Counted from the stretch's first letter, positions 19,202-28,527 are shown. The stretch: 64,000 nucleotides of DNA from Candidatus Micrarchaeota archaeon (GCA_964580705.1 CAZOKY010000001.1:1224-65223); one strand, 5' to 3'. A program made the numbers and translations. Notes: generated by a model from the letters alone, not told the origin.

Positions 19202-19828
19202 TCAACGCTTCAACGCTTTCTCCCGCGCCCGCAACGCCTGCTCGCCCGCCTCACGCATGCTCGCGCCAACGCTCAAAAAACCGTGCGCCCGCAAAACGAT
19301 GAAATCGCGTTTTCCAAGCGTTTTCACTGCCTCACGCGCGAGTTCAAGCGTCCCGTACTCCTCGAACTTGCGCGTTTGAGGAAAACCAAGCGCTTCCGCA
19401 CGCTTCACTATCTCGTCACCGTGGCCGTGAAACACGGCGTTAACGTCCCGCCTCGCGGCGTAAACAGCGTGATGCATTATTGCTTCGCTGCTCGGAGCGA
19501 AAGCGCCGCGCGCGTAAACGACGCGGCGTTCTTCATCGACTCGGTCGACGAACGCGAGTTCGCCTGCGCTCAAGTCAACCGCAGGCATCCCCGTAGGCGT
19601 TATAACGAACTGGTTTTCGCCTGCGCCGACGCGCAAGCGGTAACTCAAGTTTCCCGCGCTAGCGACGCCTCCGTTTCCGTCAGCCTTTCGGTAATCCGGC
19701 CGCAATCCGAAGTCGTGAAACCGCAGGCTCCATCCGCAGAGCTCTCTCGCGCGGGCGTCGCCCGCCAAACGCGGCGCGGCTCCGCGCAAGACGCACGAAT
19801 ACTTTACGCCGACGTATTTTTCAGTCAT
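19202..19828 (-). CDS. class II aldolase/adducin-family protein (MtnB-like dehydratase or fuculose-phosphate aldolase family)
   Basis: HHAV and HGHG metal-binding motifs; 208 aa; adjacent to an mtnA-like gene. Confidence 0.7.
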   Translation of the reverse strand: MTEKYVGVKYSCVLRGAAPRLAGDARARELCGWSLRFHDFGLRPDYRKADGNGGVASAGNLSYRLRVGAGENQFVITPTGMPAVDLSAGELAFVDRVDEERRVVYARGAFAPSSEAIMHHAVYAARRDVNAVFHGHGDEIVKRAEALGFPQTRKFEEYGTLELAREAVKTLGKRDFIVLRAHGFLSVGASMREAGEQALRAREKALKR

Positions 19829-19885
19829 GAAACGTCACAGTCACAAACGATTTTTCAAAACTACAAGCGAAGTTTAACGCGGGGC

Positions 19886-20983
19886 TTAAATAAGTTTTTC
19901 GGAACAGTGCCTTGCAAAGAAAGTCCTGATTTTCGCGGCGTTCGGCCTGCGGATGATTCCGAATTCCGTAATGATTCCAGCGATGAGCTTCGCAGGCGTA
20001 ACGTCGAAACTCGGGTTTCGCGCCTTGCTGCCGGGATTCGCGACTCGCACCGTACGTAAAACACCGCGTTTGTCGGAGCCAGTTTTGTAAAGCACTTCTT
20101 CTTCGCTTCGTTCTTCAATAGGAATTTTCGCTCCAGACGAGCACTTCAAATCGAACGTAGCAGTAGGCGCCGCAACGTAAAACGGCACGCCGTACGCCGC
20201 GCAAGCAAGAGCGCGCTGCAACGTTCCAATCTTGTTCGCCGCGTCGCCGTTCGCGGCAATGCGGTCGGCGCCAACGATCATCAAATCGATTTCTCCCTTG
20301 CTCGCGTAGTAAGCGCCTGCGGTATCGGGAATAATCACGTGCGGAACGCGCTCGTTCGCGAGTTCCCACGCCGTGAGTCGCGCGCCTTGCCCGCGCGGAC
20401 CAGTTTCGTCAACGAACACGAAAACGCGCTTGCCGCGCTGCCGCGCGGCGTAAATCGGCGCGAGAGCAGTACCCCAATCCACGAAAGCAAGCCAACCCGC
20501 GTTGCAGTGCGTTCCGACGCGCGCACCGTTGCGAATCAACGGTTCGCCGTGAATGCCGATCGCGCGGCTAGTCGCGGCGTCCTCGTCAGCAACAGCCTGC
20601 GCCTCGCGCGACGCTAGGCGGCGCGCTTCAGCCGGCGTTTTGGCTTTCTTTGCCGCAGCCATTACCCTGTTCGTGGCGTAGAAAAGATTTTGAGCGGTAG
20701 GACGCGAAGCCTCGATTTCGCGTTTCGCGCAGCGAACGTAATTCCAAAACGCTTTAACGCTTTTTTTAGGGGCTTCAAGAAAAGCCTGCGCTAGCGCGTA
20801 ACCAGCGGCGCCGCCTATGGCGCCGGCTCCGCGGATAGTCATAATCTTTATTGCTTTCGTGGTTTCGCGGTGATTCCGCAGGACGGCGATTTTAAATTGG
20901 AAAGGGAGAAGGTTCTGGTTGATCATGAAAACGTTTTTTCCCTTAACCCAAACAGTCCGGTAATTCTTTCCACGAACTTTCAT
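19886..20983 (-). CDS. mtnA: eIF-2B alpha/beta/delta-family isomerase (methylthioribose-1-phosphate isomerase, or ribose-1,5-bisphosphate isomerase)
   Basis: Family sequence (GAGAIGGAAGYALA ... GADRIAANGD). N-terminus WVKG..V.INQ.LLP is typical of M1Pi. Confidence 0.7.
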   Translation of the reverse strand: MKVRGKNYRTVWVKGKNVFMINQNLLPFQFKIAVLRNHRETTKAIKIMTIRGAGAIGGAAGYALAQAFLEAPKKSVKAFWNYVRCAKREIEASRPTAQNLFYATNRVMAAAKKAKTPAEARRLASREAQAVADEDAATSRAIGIHGEPLIRNGARVGTHCNAGWLAFVDWGTALAPIYAARQRGKRVFVFVDETGPRGQGARLTAWELANERVPHVIIPDTAGAYYASKGEIDLMIVGADRIAANGDAANKIGTLQRALACAAYGVPFYVAAPTATFDLKCSSGAKIPIEERSEEEVLYKTGSDKRGVLRTVRVANPGSKARNPSFDVTPAKLIAGIITEFGIIRRPNAAKIRTFFARHCSEKLI

Positions 20984-21072
20984 TGGAAAACACCTTCAGC
21001 CGCTTCGGCCGCGCCGACTTGGTTTTGTTTTAGCAGAGCGAACGATTTAAATGCGCGGCAGCGTAAACTTTT

Positions 21073-22044
21073 TTGATAACAACCATGGCTCAAGACGCGA
21101 CGCAGGATTTGCTCAAGGAATTGCCGCACTTGATAGTGCTGATTGTGCTCGTTCTCGTGCTCCTCGTCGTCGTCACGAAATTCAACTGGGTTCACTGCTC
21201 GCAAATCCCCGGAAACTGGTGCGACATTTACTGCAACGTCGTAATGCGTTCGCACTCCCGCGTGGCGTTGCTTTACGGCGACGACGGAATCGGCGACCCA
21301 ACAACCCTCGAAAACATCATCCGACGCGTGCGGCCGTTCACGTACTTGGAACCCGTCCGCCTCAAAGACGCGAGCTACGGCATGCTGAAAGGATACGACT
21401 TGATCATACTCGAGCACGCGCGCAGCGTTTCCTACAAGGAATCGCGCGCACTACGCGAATACCTCAACACAGGCGGGATGATGATTTGGGTCGGAGATTC
21501 GGCGTCGCGCCACTACTACGACCAAATCGACGTCGCCGACGTCATCGCGCGCACGAGCGACGAAACGTTCAACGAAAGCGGTTTCAGCAAAGCCGAACTC
21601 CAGAAGGCGTTGGACCACGACATGACAATAGACGAAATCGACAACTTCACTCAAAAACTAGTTGAAAAAGGATTTTTCGGAGAGGACGCGCGCAAGCGGC
21701 CCAGCGGCTTCGGCCCGCTTCAAGACGTGTTGTTCGCGAAATACGTCGACGTCGTCAACGTCACGCCTGGAAAGAAAGTCACGATGAAGATAGTCAACCG
21801 CGATAACATGATGGGCCGCGGATTGTTCTACGAATTCGAAATAACGCCGATTCGCTTCGCCGACGTCAAGGAAAACGCGGCGTGGGTCGACAAAGTAACG
21901 CAGATTTCCTACGACGGGAAAGAGTATGCGGGGATTTATGAGACGCGTTACTCGGGGCGCGTGATTTACTCGTCAATTCCTTTGGAGGACTTGAATTCGA
22001 CGACGCTGTTGACGAACATTTTCGATTACCTGGTGCCGTGCTGA
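21073..22044 (+). CDS. membrane-anchored hypothetical protein, paralog A (possible class-I glutamine-amidotransferase-like / ThuA-type fold)
   Basis: N-terminal TM (LIVLIVLVLVLLVVV). Shares LKGYDLIILE ... NTGGMMIWVGD with paralog B. The fold assignment is only a guess. Confidence 0.5.
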   Translation: MITTMAQDATQDLLKELPHLIVLIVLVLVLLVVVTKFNWVHCSQIPGNWCDIYCNVVMRSHSRVALLYGDDGIGDPTTLENIIRRVRPFTYLEPVRLKDASYGMLKGYDLIILEHARSVSYKESRALREYLNTGGMMIWVGDSASRHYYDQIDVADVIARTSDETFNESGFSKAELQKALDHDMTIDEIDNFTQKLVEKGFFGEDARKRPSGFGPLQDVLFAKYVDVVNVTPGKKVTMKIVNRDNMMGRGLFYEFEITPIRFADVKENAAWVDKVTQISYDGKEYAGIYETRYSGRVIYSSIPLEDLNSTTLLTNIFDYLVPC

Positions 22045-22212
22045 AAAACGCGGTCGCAACGCGCGCGGCAAGGCGCGGAAGCCGTTCAAGCCCGTTCAAG
22101 CGAAAACTGAAGGAAAAACTCTCGCGACGCGCCGAGACTGCGCCGAGAATATGTTTATAAATACGGTTAGGGCAATAATGATAAGCACTTAATCTGGAAA
22201 GGGTGGTTCTCG

Positions 22213-23049
22213 ATGATGACGTTGAAGAGACGCGGACAATACGCGAGCGGCGGAAGCCACGCCGAAAGCTTGATTCCACTGGTTTTGATAGTGATTTTAG
22301 CCGTGTTCATAGCCGGCAAAATGGGCATGGTGGACTTGAGCTCGATTCCCGTTGCGGGATCGCTCTTCCCCAAATCCAACATTAAAGTTTTAGTCGTAGG
22401 GCACGCTTCACCCGCCATGGAAACGATGTTGAAAAGCGAAGACTACAGGATGGCGGGAATAATGTACGCGGGCTCGTTCCCGCAAGAGTACATCGTTCCA
22501 GGCGTACTCAAAAATTTTGATATCATCATTCTGCAAGGCACGCAAGTGTGCGACCGCCCCGCGAGAATGGAAATCGCCAACCGCGCGAAGAGCGGAGGCA
22601 AGCTCATCGTCGTAGGCGACGCTTGCACTCGCGTAACCGACGACCCGAACGCGGCAGGATGGGACGTTGGCATCGGAACGCTCGGTGACGTGATTCCAGT
22701 CGAGTACGCTGGCATATTGTTCCACGAGAGCACGGGACGCACTCAAGTGTTCGCTGACGGCAAATTCCGCATCGTGCAACCGTACCACCCGATGTTCAAC
22801 GGCATCATCAACTACGGGTTCTACGGAACGCTGACGAGCGTAAGACCGAGCGCGTCAAGCGATGTTCTAGCTTATGTGGACACGTACGGCGGAAAGATTA
22901 CGGCGCCCGCGACGTTCGCCATCGTGGAAAGCAAGGGCTTCTTGAGCGGCAAGACGCTTTACTTTGCGTTCGACCCAGCGAACATGGACATCAGCTCGCG
23001 CAACATGTTCTTGAACGCCTTGCTTTACGTGCGCGGCGCGAAAGGCTAA
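22213..23049 (+). CDS. membrane-anchored hypothetical protein, paralog B
   Basis: N-terminal RRGQ plus a hydrophobic stretch, then LKNFDIIILQG ... KSGGKLIVVGD and a C-terminus (LNALLYV) homologous to paralog A. A TATA-like tttataaata lies ~60 nt upstream. Confidence 0.5.
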   Translation: MMTLKRRGQYASGGSHAESLIPLVLIVILAVFIAGKMGMVDLSSIPVAGSLFPKSNIKVLVVGHASPAMETMLKSEDYRMAGIMYAGSFPQEYIVPGVLKNFDIIILQGTQVCDRPARMEIANRAKSGGKLIVVGDACTRVTDDPNAAGWDVGIGTLGDVIPVEYAGILFHESTGRTQVFADGKFRIVQPYHPMFNGIINYGFYGTLTSVRPSASSDVLAYVDTYGGKITAPATFAIVESKGFLSGKTLYFAFDPANMDISSRNMFLNALLYVRGAKG

Positions 23050-23201
23050 GCTCGGTTCAGAGCGCTTGAAAAAAGCGCTCGCCCCCTTTATTTTTTCCTT
23101 TTTCTTTTCTCTTTCTTTTTGTTTTTTCGGCTAGCCGCTGGTTTTTAAAAGACGACTGCGCCATATTAAATCGGAAACAACAAATATGAGAAGCGGAAAC
23201 T

Positions 23202-23828
23202 ATGACTGTAACAGAAATAAGTTTGGCGCGTTTTGTGCGAGAACCCGTAATCGGCGTCAGCGAAGCCGAAAAAACATTGGCTAAACAAAAGGCAGGGCGC
23301 AGGCAAATCACGCGCGCCAGAAAAGCTTTGGAAAGCAATATTGAATTGCTTGAACGATTTAGACGCCACTTGGAGTCAAATTCACGCCAAAGCGCAGTGA
23401 CAACCACCAGTTTAAAAGGAAAACTGGGTGGCGCAATCGCCGCTACGGGCGCAGGAATCGCGATAACATCAGTCATTCCGTTTACAGGCGGCGTTTATAG
23501 TGCGAGTCAAGGAACGCCGTGGGGAAAACTCGAATACGCGCGTCAGGCAAGCAGTGACTTCCGTTTGGCTGGTTTGATGTTCGGCGTAGGAACGCTTATT
23601 GCACTAGGACCGTACGCGAAATGGGCTGCTAACAGGGTTTCTCTGACTAGAAGGCTTCAAAGAGCCGGACTGCGGATGACCGGCAAAGGAAAATTCGTCG
23701 TGCGGGAATTTCAAAACGGTGGCGAACTAACGAAACGAGAACACGACAGAAATTATGTTTGGGTTATGACCGCACTTGAACGGAATAAGAAAGCGCTAAA
23801 ACAATTGAATGCGCCTAAACAACGCTAG
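23202..23828 (+). CDS. hypothetical protein with two predicted TM segments; lower GC than its surroundings
   Basis: ORF with Gly/Ala-rich hydrophobic segments (GGAIAATGAGIAITSVIPFTGGV; LAGLMFGVGTLIALGPY). Codon usage is AT-shifted. Confidence 0.4.
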   Translation: MTVTEISLARFVREPVIGVSEAEKTLAKQKAGRRQITRARKALESNIELLERFRRHLESNSRQSAVTTTSLKGKLGGAIAATGAGIAITSVIPFTGGVYSASQGTPWGKLEYARQASSDFRLAGLMFGVGTLIALGPYAKWAANRVSLTRRLQRAGLRMTGKGKFVVREFQNGGELTKREHDRNYVWVMTALERNKKALKQLNAPKQR

Positions 23829-23890
23829 CAAACAAGGCTACTGATTTTTTATTTCCGCGAAACGAACGGTGGTTTCGAACGATTGTAGGC

Positions 23891-24319
23891 GTGGATTTCG
23901 GGGTAACGAACGCTTTCGCCGCCGTGGATTACGACGGTTGCGTCCGCGCGGTGGAAAGCAAGCGCAACTGGGGGCAACGCGATTTCATCGCCCGCATAGC
24001 CGAATTCCGCCCGACGATAATCGCGGGAGACACGCGACCTCCGGCGAAAGCAGTCAAGAAGACGGCGGCGACTTTCCGCGCCATTTTATTTACGCCCAAG
24101 CATTCGTTGACTCTCGAGGAAAAAGCGTTTTTGGTTAGGGATTGCCAGCCGAAGAACGCGCACGAACGCGACGCGCTCGCCGCGGCGTTGAAGGCGTGGC
24201 ACTCGCGCGAAAACCAGTTGCGCAAACTAGACGCGCTCCTCAAGCGCAAAGGACGCGCGGCCGAGCGAGACGCTGCAAGCGAGAAAGTGTTGCACGGCGT
24301 TCGAATGAACGAAGTTTGA
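23891..24319 (+). CDS. putative RNase-H-fold (RuvC/YqgF-like) nuclease-domain protein
   Basis: GTG start. IVGVDFGVTNAFAAVDYDG ... PTIIAGDTRP ... HERDALAAALKAWH resembles RuvC-family motif order (N-terminal D, C-terminal H..DA..AA). Confidence 0.35.
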   Translation: MDFGVTNAFAAVDYDGCVRAVESKRNWGQRDFIARIAEFRPTIIAGDTRPPAKAVKKTAATFRAILFTPKHSLTLEEKAFLVRDCQPKNAHERDALAAALKAWHSRENQLRKLDALLKRKGRAAERDAASEKVLHGVRMNEV

Positions 24320-24431
24320 AAAACGTCGGAAAAAAGCTTGAAAAGCGCTTGAACGAAAGAGAGGGTTTTTTAAGGCGCCGCAACCACAATTTTCTTGTTA
24401 AACAAAGTCACGATACAAACGCAATATCGAG

Positions 24432-24944
24432 GTGGGCCGAAACATGGACGCTAACGAAGCAGTCACTCAAACTCAGGCAACCGAAACAACGAAAACAACC
24501 GAAACAACTAAAGCGGCTGAGACGCCGCGCGCAATCGAACCGCAAACTACGGCAACGCGCTCCGAATCCCGCAGCGAATCAACTCGCGAGCTAGGTTTCG
24601 ACGAAAACCAAGGCCGCAGCCGAATGCAAAGCGCGCCGCGGGAAGCGCGCGAAGCGCATGCGCCGCGCAGCGGCCGCGACGAAGGCATTATTTTCGTAGG
24701 CAAAAAACCTTTGATGACTTACGTGCTCGCCGTCGTTACGCAGTTCAACGCGGGACAAAACTCCGTAAAAATCAAGGCGCGCGGCAAAGCGATTTCCCGC
24801 GTAATCGACGTCACGCAAGTCGTTAAAAGCCGTTTCATGAACTCGCTGCGCATAACGAATTTCGATGCGGCGACGGAAGTGCTTCCGAACGAAGACGGCA
24901 CCACGAGCAAAGTGAGTTCGTTAACGCTCACGCTAACGAAGTAA
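24432..24944 (+). CDS. albA: chromatin protein Alba with a T/E-rich N-terminal extension
   Basis: The C-terminal ~90 aa (IFVGKKPLMTYVLAVVTQFNAGQNSVKIKARGKAISRVIDVTQVV ... SSLTLTLTK) match Alba. The start is ambiguous (24432, or a later M near 24621). Confidence 0.75.
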   Translation: MGRNMDANEAVTQTQATETTKTTETTKAAETPRAIEPQTTATRSESRSESTRELGFDENQGRSRMQSAPREAREAHAPRSGRDEGIIFVGKKPLMTYVLAVVTQFNAGQNSVKIKARGKAISRVIDVTQVVKSRFMNSLRITNFDAATEVLPNEDGTTSKVSSLTLTLTK

Positions 24945-25011
24945 AATTCTGTTTACACTCTTTTTTTCCGTGCTTCCGAAACGCCGAACAGAAAAACGAA
25001 ATTAAAATCTG

Positions 25012-25377
25012 TTAGCCGCGGCGGGTAGGCTTTATCGGCGGACGTATTTCTCCTTTAGCGATGCCGAGCAATTCCGCTTTCAAACGTTCTAAAGCCATTC
25101 CGTGTTCCAACAAATTTTTTGAATCCCGACGGTTTTCATCCACAGCCTTCAAAACAGCACTGTGAACCGCTGAAACGTCCCGAAAAAAATGATCGGCGCT
25201 GCGGCGCGCATCAGTCGTTCGATTTTTCACCGGATTGCAAACAGTAACCATCCGCCCTTCCGTCAGCTCGTCGAACGAAACGACTAAACCGTATTCTCTA
25301 GCCGCCTTCAACACTACCGAACGGGCGGTAAGAAAAGACTCACTCGGGGACAATCTGAAGTTTCGAGATATCGCCAA
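25012..25377 (-). CDS. hypothetical protein
   Basis: 121-aa ORF; no motif recognised. Confidence 0.35.
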   Translation of the reverse strand: MAISRNFRLSPSESFLTARSVVLKAAREYGLVVSFDELTEGRMVTVCNPVKNRTTDARRSADHFFRDVSAVHSAVLKAVDENRRDSKNLLEHGMALERLKAELLGIAKGEIRPPIKPTRRG

Positions 25378-25409
25378 AACAAACGCCTCCGTGCATTCAA
25401 AAACAGTTT

Positions 25410-25940
25410 TTGAACGCCCGACTTTTTAAACCTCAAGACTCACATATTAACGTCATGAAAACTCCGTTGTGCGAAGCGTGCCTGGCGACGAACTCGTTCT
25501 GCGCGTCGTGCCAGCGCAAGCTAGACGCAGGCGAAGTCACGCGCACCGAACTCGCCATCGCGCAAGCGCTGCGAAGCGAAAACCTTCCAGCTCAAGCGGG
25601 TTTCGAGCGCGCGCTCGAACTCAAGGACGCCGTCCTCGTATTCACGTTGACGCCTGCGGCGGTAATCGGCCGCGGCGGCAAAACCGTTAAAGCAATCGCG
25701 AAAGCCCTCGGCAAGAAAGTGAAGATAATCGATGAAGCCGCGGAGCCGCACGCGAAAATCAGTGAAGTGCTATTGCCAGCGCGAATGCTCGGCGTAAACA
25801 CCGTATTCAAAGCAGGCGGAAAAGAATTCCACGTGCGCGTTCCGCGCGCTGAAGCCCGCCTCCTGCCGGACGCGCCGCTCGCCCTGAAAACGCTGATGAG
25901 CGCGTTCCTCGGCGCGCCCACCGAAATCGTGCTCGAGTGA
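25410..25940 (+). CDS. zinc-ribbon plus KH-domain RNA-binding protein
   Basis: CEAC ... CASC zinc ribbon followed by KH GxxG (VIGRGGKTVKAIAKALGKKVKIID). The likely start is ATG 25455 (MKTPLCEAC). Confidence 0.6.
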   Translation: MNARLFKPQDSHINVMKTPLCEACLATNSFCASCQRKLDAGEVTRTELAIAQALRSENLPAQAGFERALELKDAVLVFTLTPAAVIGRGGKTVKAIAKALGKKVKIIDEAAEPHAKISEVLLPARMLGVNTVFKAGGKEFHVRVPRAEARLLPDAPLALKTLMSAFLGAPTEIVLE

Positions 25941-25979
25941 AAACTGGTTTTCTTTGAGCCGCATTCATAAAATTAGTAG

Positions 25980-26089
25980 TGGGCCCAAAGGGAATCGAAC
26001 CCTTGATCTTTTGCTGAACTAAGAACGAAAAACTCGTTCGAAGCCCTTTCGCACGTCAAGCGAACGTCTTACCACTCGACTATGGGCCC
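25980..26089 (-). tRNA. tRNA-Val (GAC) with a ~38-nt intron in the variable-loop region, a non-canonical position
   Basis: Hand-folded. Acceptor GGGCCCA/UGGGCCC, D-arm GUCG-AGUGGUAA, anticodon arm UUCGC-UUGACGU-GCGAA, T-arm AAGGG-UUCGAUU-CCCUU. 43 nt lie between position 43 and the T-stem instead of ~5. Confidence 0.7.
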
Positions 26090-26147
26090 ACGAAACTTAA
26101 GTCGTTTCCCGAAAAAACAAAGCGAGAAACCCATTTAAAACAACGAG

Positions 26148-26262
26148 TGGACCTGACGGGATTCGAACCCGTAACCTCATGCATGCCATGCATGCGATCT
26201 GTAACGCGCGGCGGACGATTGAAAAAATAATCGCTCGAGGCGTGCCGTTGATCTACAGGCCC
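26148..26262 (-). tRNA. tRNA-Ala (GGC) with a ~42-nt intron inside the D-loop, a non-canonical position
   Basis: Hand-folded. Acceptor GGGCCUG/CAGGUCC with a G3-U70 pair (Ala identity), anticodon arm CAUGC-AUGGCAU-GCAUG, T-arm ACGGG-UUCGAAU-CCCGU. The D-stem halves GAUC..GAUC are separated by 50 nt. Confidence 0.65.
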
Positions 26263-26289
26263 ACATGGCGCCGCACCGATTAAGGCGCG

Positions 26290-26352
26290 GCTACTTATTT
26301 TGCCCGCTAGGGCTTAAAAAACCTCTTTCTTTTCTCGCCTAAAGAAAGTTTT
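26290..26352 (-). terminator. hairpin followed by a T-tract downstream of the Sm gene (possible archaeal intrinsic terminator)
   Basis: Minus-strand transcript after the stop: cuuucuuu-aggcgaga-aaagaaag then agg-uuuuuu. Confidence 0.3.
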
Positions 26353-26658
<306 letters not shown>

Positions 26659-26681
26659 TCAAAACGCATAACGCAAAAAAA

Positions 26682-27473
26682 TTATTTTGCTCTGAAAAGC
26701 CTTTTGAAGAACGCGCCGATCTTGCCGAAAAACGAGCCTCCGCTTCCCCCGACGTTCTTGCCTTGAGGAACCGGCTCGTGCGTCAACGCCGCAGACAAAA
26801 AGCGGAGCCCGCGCGAGAAACCGCAGTCCGGAGCCCGCACCTCGACGGGCTGCTGCAAGGAAGCGCTGCGCCTGACTTCCACGTCCTCGGGAAGGACGGC
26901 TATAACGGGCAACCCCAGAACGCTCGCCAAATCCTGCGGCTTCAACTCAGACTTGTCCCCCGTACTCCGATTGAGGACTACGCCTAGAACCGTAACCCCG
27001 CTTTTCTCGGCGAACTTGCGAATCTTCAACGAGTCTATGAGCGCAGCAGGATCGGGCGTGGAAATAATGACGAGTTCCTGCGCGCTCGTAATCGCCGCCC
27101 GCGCTTCCGGACTCAACCCCGGAGGCGAATCAACCAAAACGTATTCGTAAGACAACTCGAGCTTGCTGACGGCTTCCCGCAAACGAGTCAAGTCGACTTC
27201 TTTACGCTCTTCATGAAGCGAAGACGGAACGTAAAAAACACCGTTCGGGCCGGCGTAAACCGCGTCCGTAACCGCGTTTTCTCCGGCGAGAACGTTTTGA
27301 AGCGTAATCGGATTGATTTCCACGCCGAGCATAATCGATACGGCGGCCATATCCAAGTCTGCGTCGACTACTACGACGCGCTTGCCCGTTTTGGCTAGTA
27401 GAATGCCGAGGTTCAAGGCTACGCTCGTCTTGCCTACGCCGCCTTTACCTGAAGCGAAAACAATGCTCGGCAT
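26682..27473 (-). CDS. minD: MinD/ParA-family P-loop ATPase
   Basis: Deviant Walker A (ASGKGGVGKT). ATG 27473 (MPSIVF...); the track start at 27488 is TTG. Confidence 0.8.
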   Translation of the reverse strand: MPSIVFASGKGGVGKTSVALNLGILLAKTGKRVVVVDADLDMAAVSIMLGVEINPITLQNVLAGENAVTDAVYAGPNGVFYVPSSLHEERKEVDLTRLREAVSKLELSYEYVLVDSPPGLSPEARAAITSAQELVIISTPDPAALIDSLKIRKFAEKSGVTVLGVVLNRSTGDKSELKPQDLASVLGLPVIAVLPEDVEVRRSASLQQPVEVRAPDCGFSRGLRFLSAALTHEPVPQGKNVGGSGGSFFGKIGAFFKRLFRAK

Positions 27474-27484
27474 AAAAAATTCCT

Positions 27485-28045
27485 TCAAATTCCTTTGAAA
27501 CCGATTCTCTTCAAAATCGATTGTTTTTGAGTCGCCGTCCCGCGCAACTCTTCCTCGAAAGCGAACGAACGCTTCAACGGCTTGACGAATTCCGCTTCGC
27601 GAGGCGAATACAACGCCTCGTGATTGTCAGCGAGAAACGAATGCACTTCGCCCGACGCGGCTTCGAAAACGTCTACCACGCCGTTCTGCGCCGCGCACGC
27701 GTTGGCGAAACGCGCGAAAGCTTCCTTGCCGAAAAACTTTCGCGAAAAAGCGTAGTACTCGAAAACGCACGCGACCGGCACGCCCGCGTCGATGAACAAC
27801 GCGCCTTCCTCGAAACCGTGGTTGCCGCGAACGGTCACGAAAATCGCGCCAACGAATTTTTTGAACTTGAATTCCTTGACCAAACGGAAGACGTCCGTCT
27901 CCGCGAGCGAAACGCCCGACTCGAGAGGCCTGCCGAAAACCGAAAACGACGAAACCAAGAAAACCAACGCTCCGAAAAACACCGCAAAACTAAAAACGGA
28001 AAACAAAAACGACAAATAAAAAACAAAAAAACTGCAAAACAACAA
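27485..28045 (-). CDS. hypothetical protein; the N-terminus is encoded by low-complexity DNA
   Basis: 186-aa ORF. The first ~35 codons (F/S/L-rich) derive from an A-rich repeat tract and may not be translated. No motif recognised. Confidence 0.35.
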   Translation of the reverse strand: MLFCSFFVFYLSFLFSVFSFAVFFGALVFLVSSFSVFGRPLESGVSLAETDVFRLVKEFKFKKFVGAIFVTVRGNHGFEEGALFIDAGVPVACVFEYYAFSRKFFGKEAFARFANACAAQNGVVDVFEAASGEVHSFLADNHEALYSPREAEFVKPLKRSFAFEEELRGTATQKQSILKRIGFKGI

Positions 28046-28068
28046 AAACTTCGTCCGTTATTACTGCC

Positions 28069-28527
28069 TCACGCTTTTAAATCGATTACGACGTCCGCGC
28101 TGTTGCGCAAAGCCGCGCTGAACTCCGGCTCGACGCCCACGACAATCGTTTCCTTTCCGTGCTCCTTCGCCTTCATTAAAAGCGGTTTGAAATCGGAATC
28201 GCGCGAAACGATCGCTATACAATCGATCTTCGTATCTCCATAAATGAATTGCGAGGCGTCGACGGCGAGCGCCACGTCCACGTCGCTCGGAACGACTACG
28301 GGGTCGAAGCCTTGGTTCGTGACGGCTTCAATCAGCTTGTCGCTCGCGTACTGGTCCAAGAAAACGCGCCCGACTTTGATGTTGCCGTGCTGCCGCAGCT
28401 TCTTCTTGACGGCGTCGAGATTGACGCCGAGCTCCTTGCGCAGCATGTTCGGGCCGTCGACGAAGCACGCGATGTTTTTTTCTTTCGCGCCTTTCACGGC
28501 AAGCATTCCCTTCAATTTGTCAAGCAA
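28069..28527 (-). CDS. NYN-domain (LabA-like) putative ribonuclease
   Basis: NIACFVDGPN ... SDVDVALAVDA ... TIVVG acidic-residue pattern of PIN-like NYN domains. Confidence 0.65.
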   Translation of the reverse strand: MLDKLKGMLAVKGAKEKNIACFVDGPNMLRKELGVNLDAVKKKLRQHGNIKVGRVFLDQYASDKLIEAVTNQGFDPVVVPSDVDVALAVDASQFIYGDTKIDCIAIVSRDSDFKPLLMKAKEHGKETIVVGVEPEFSAALRNSADVVIDLKA

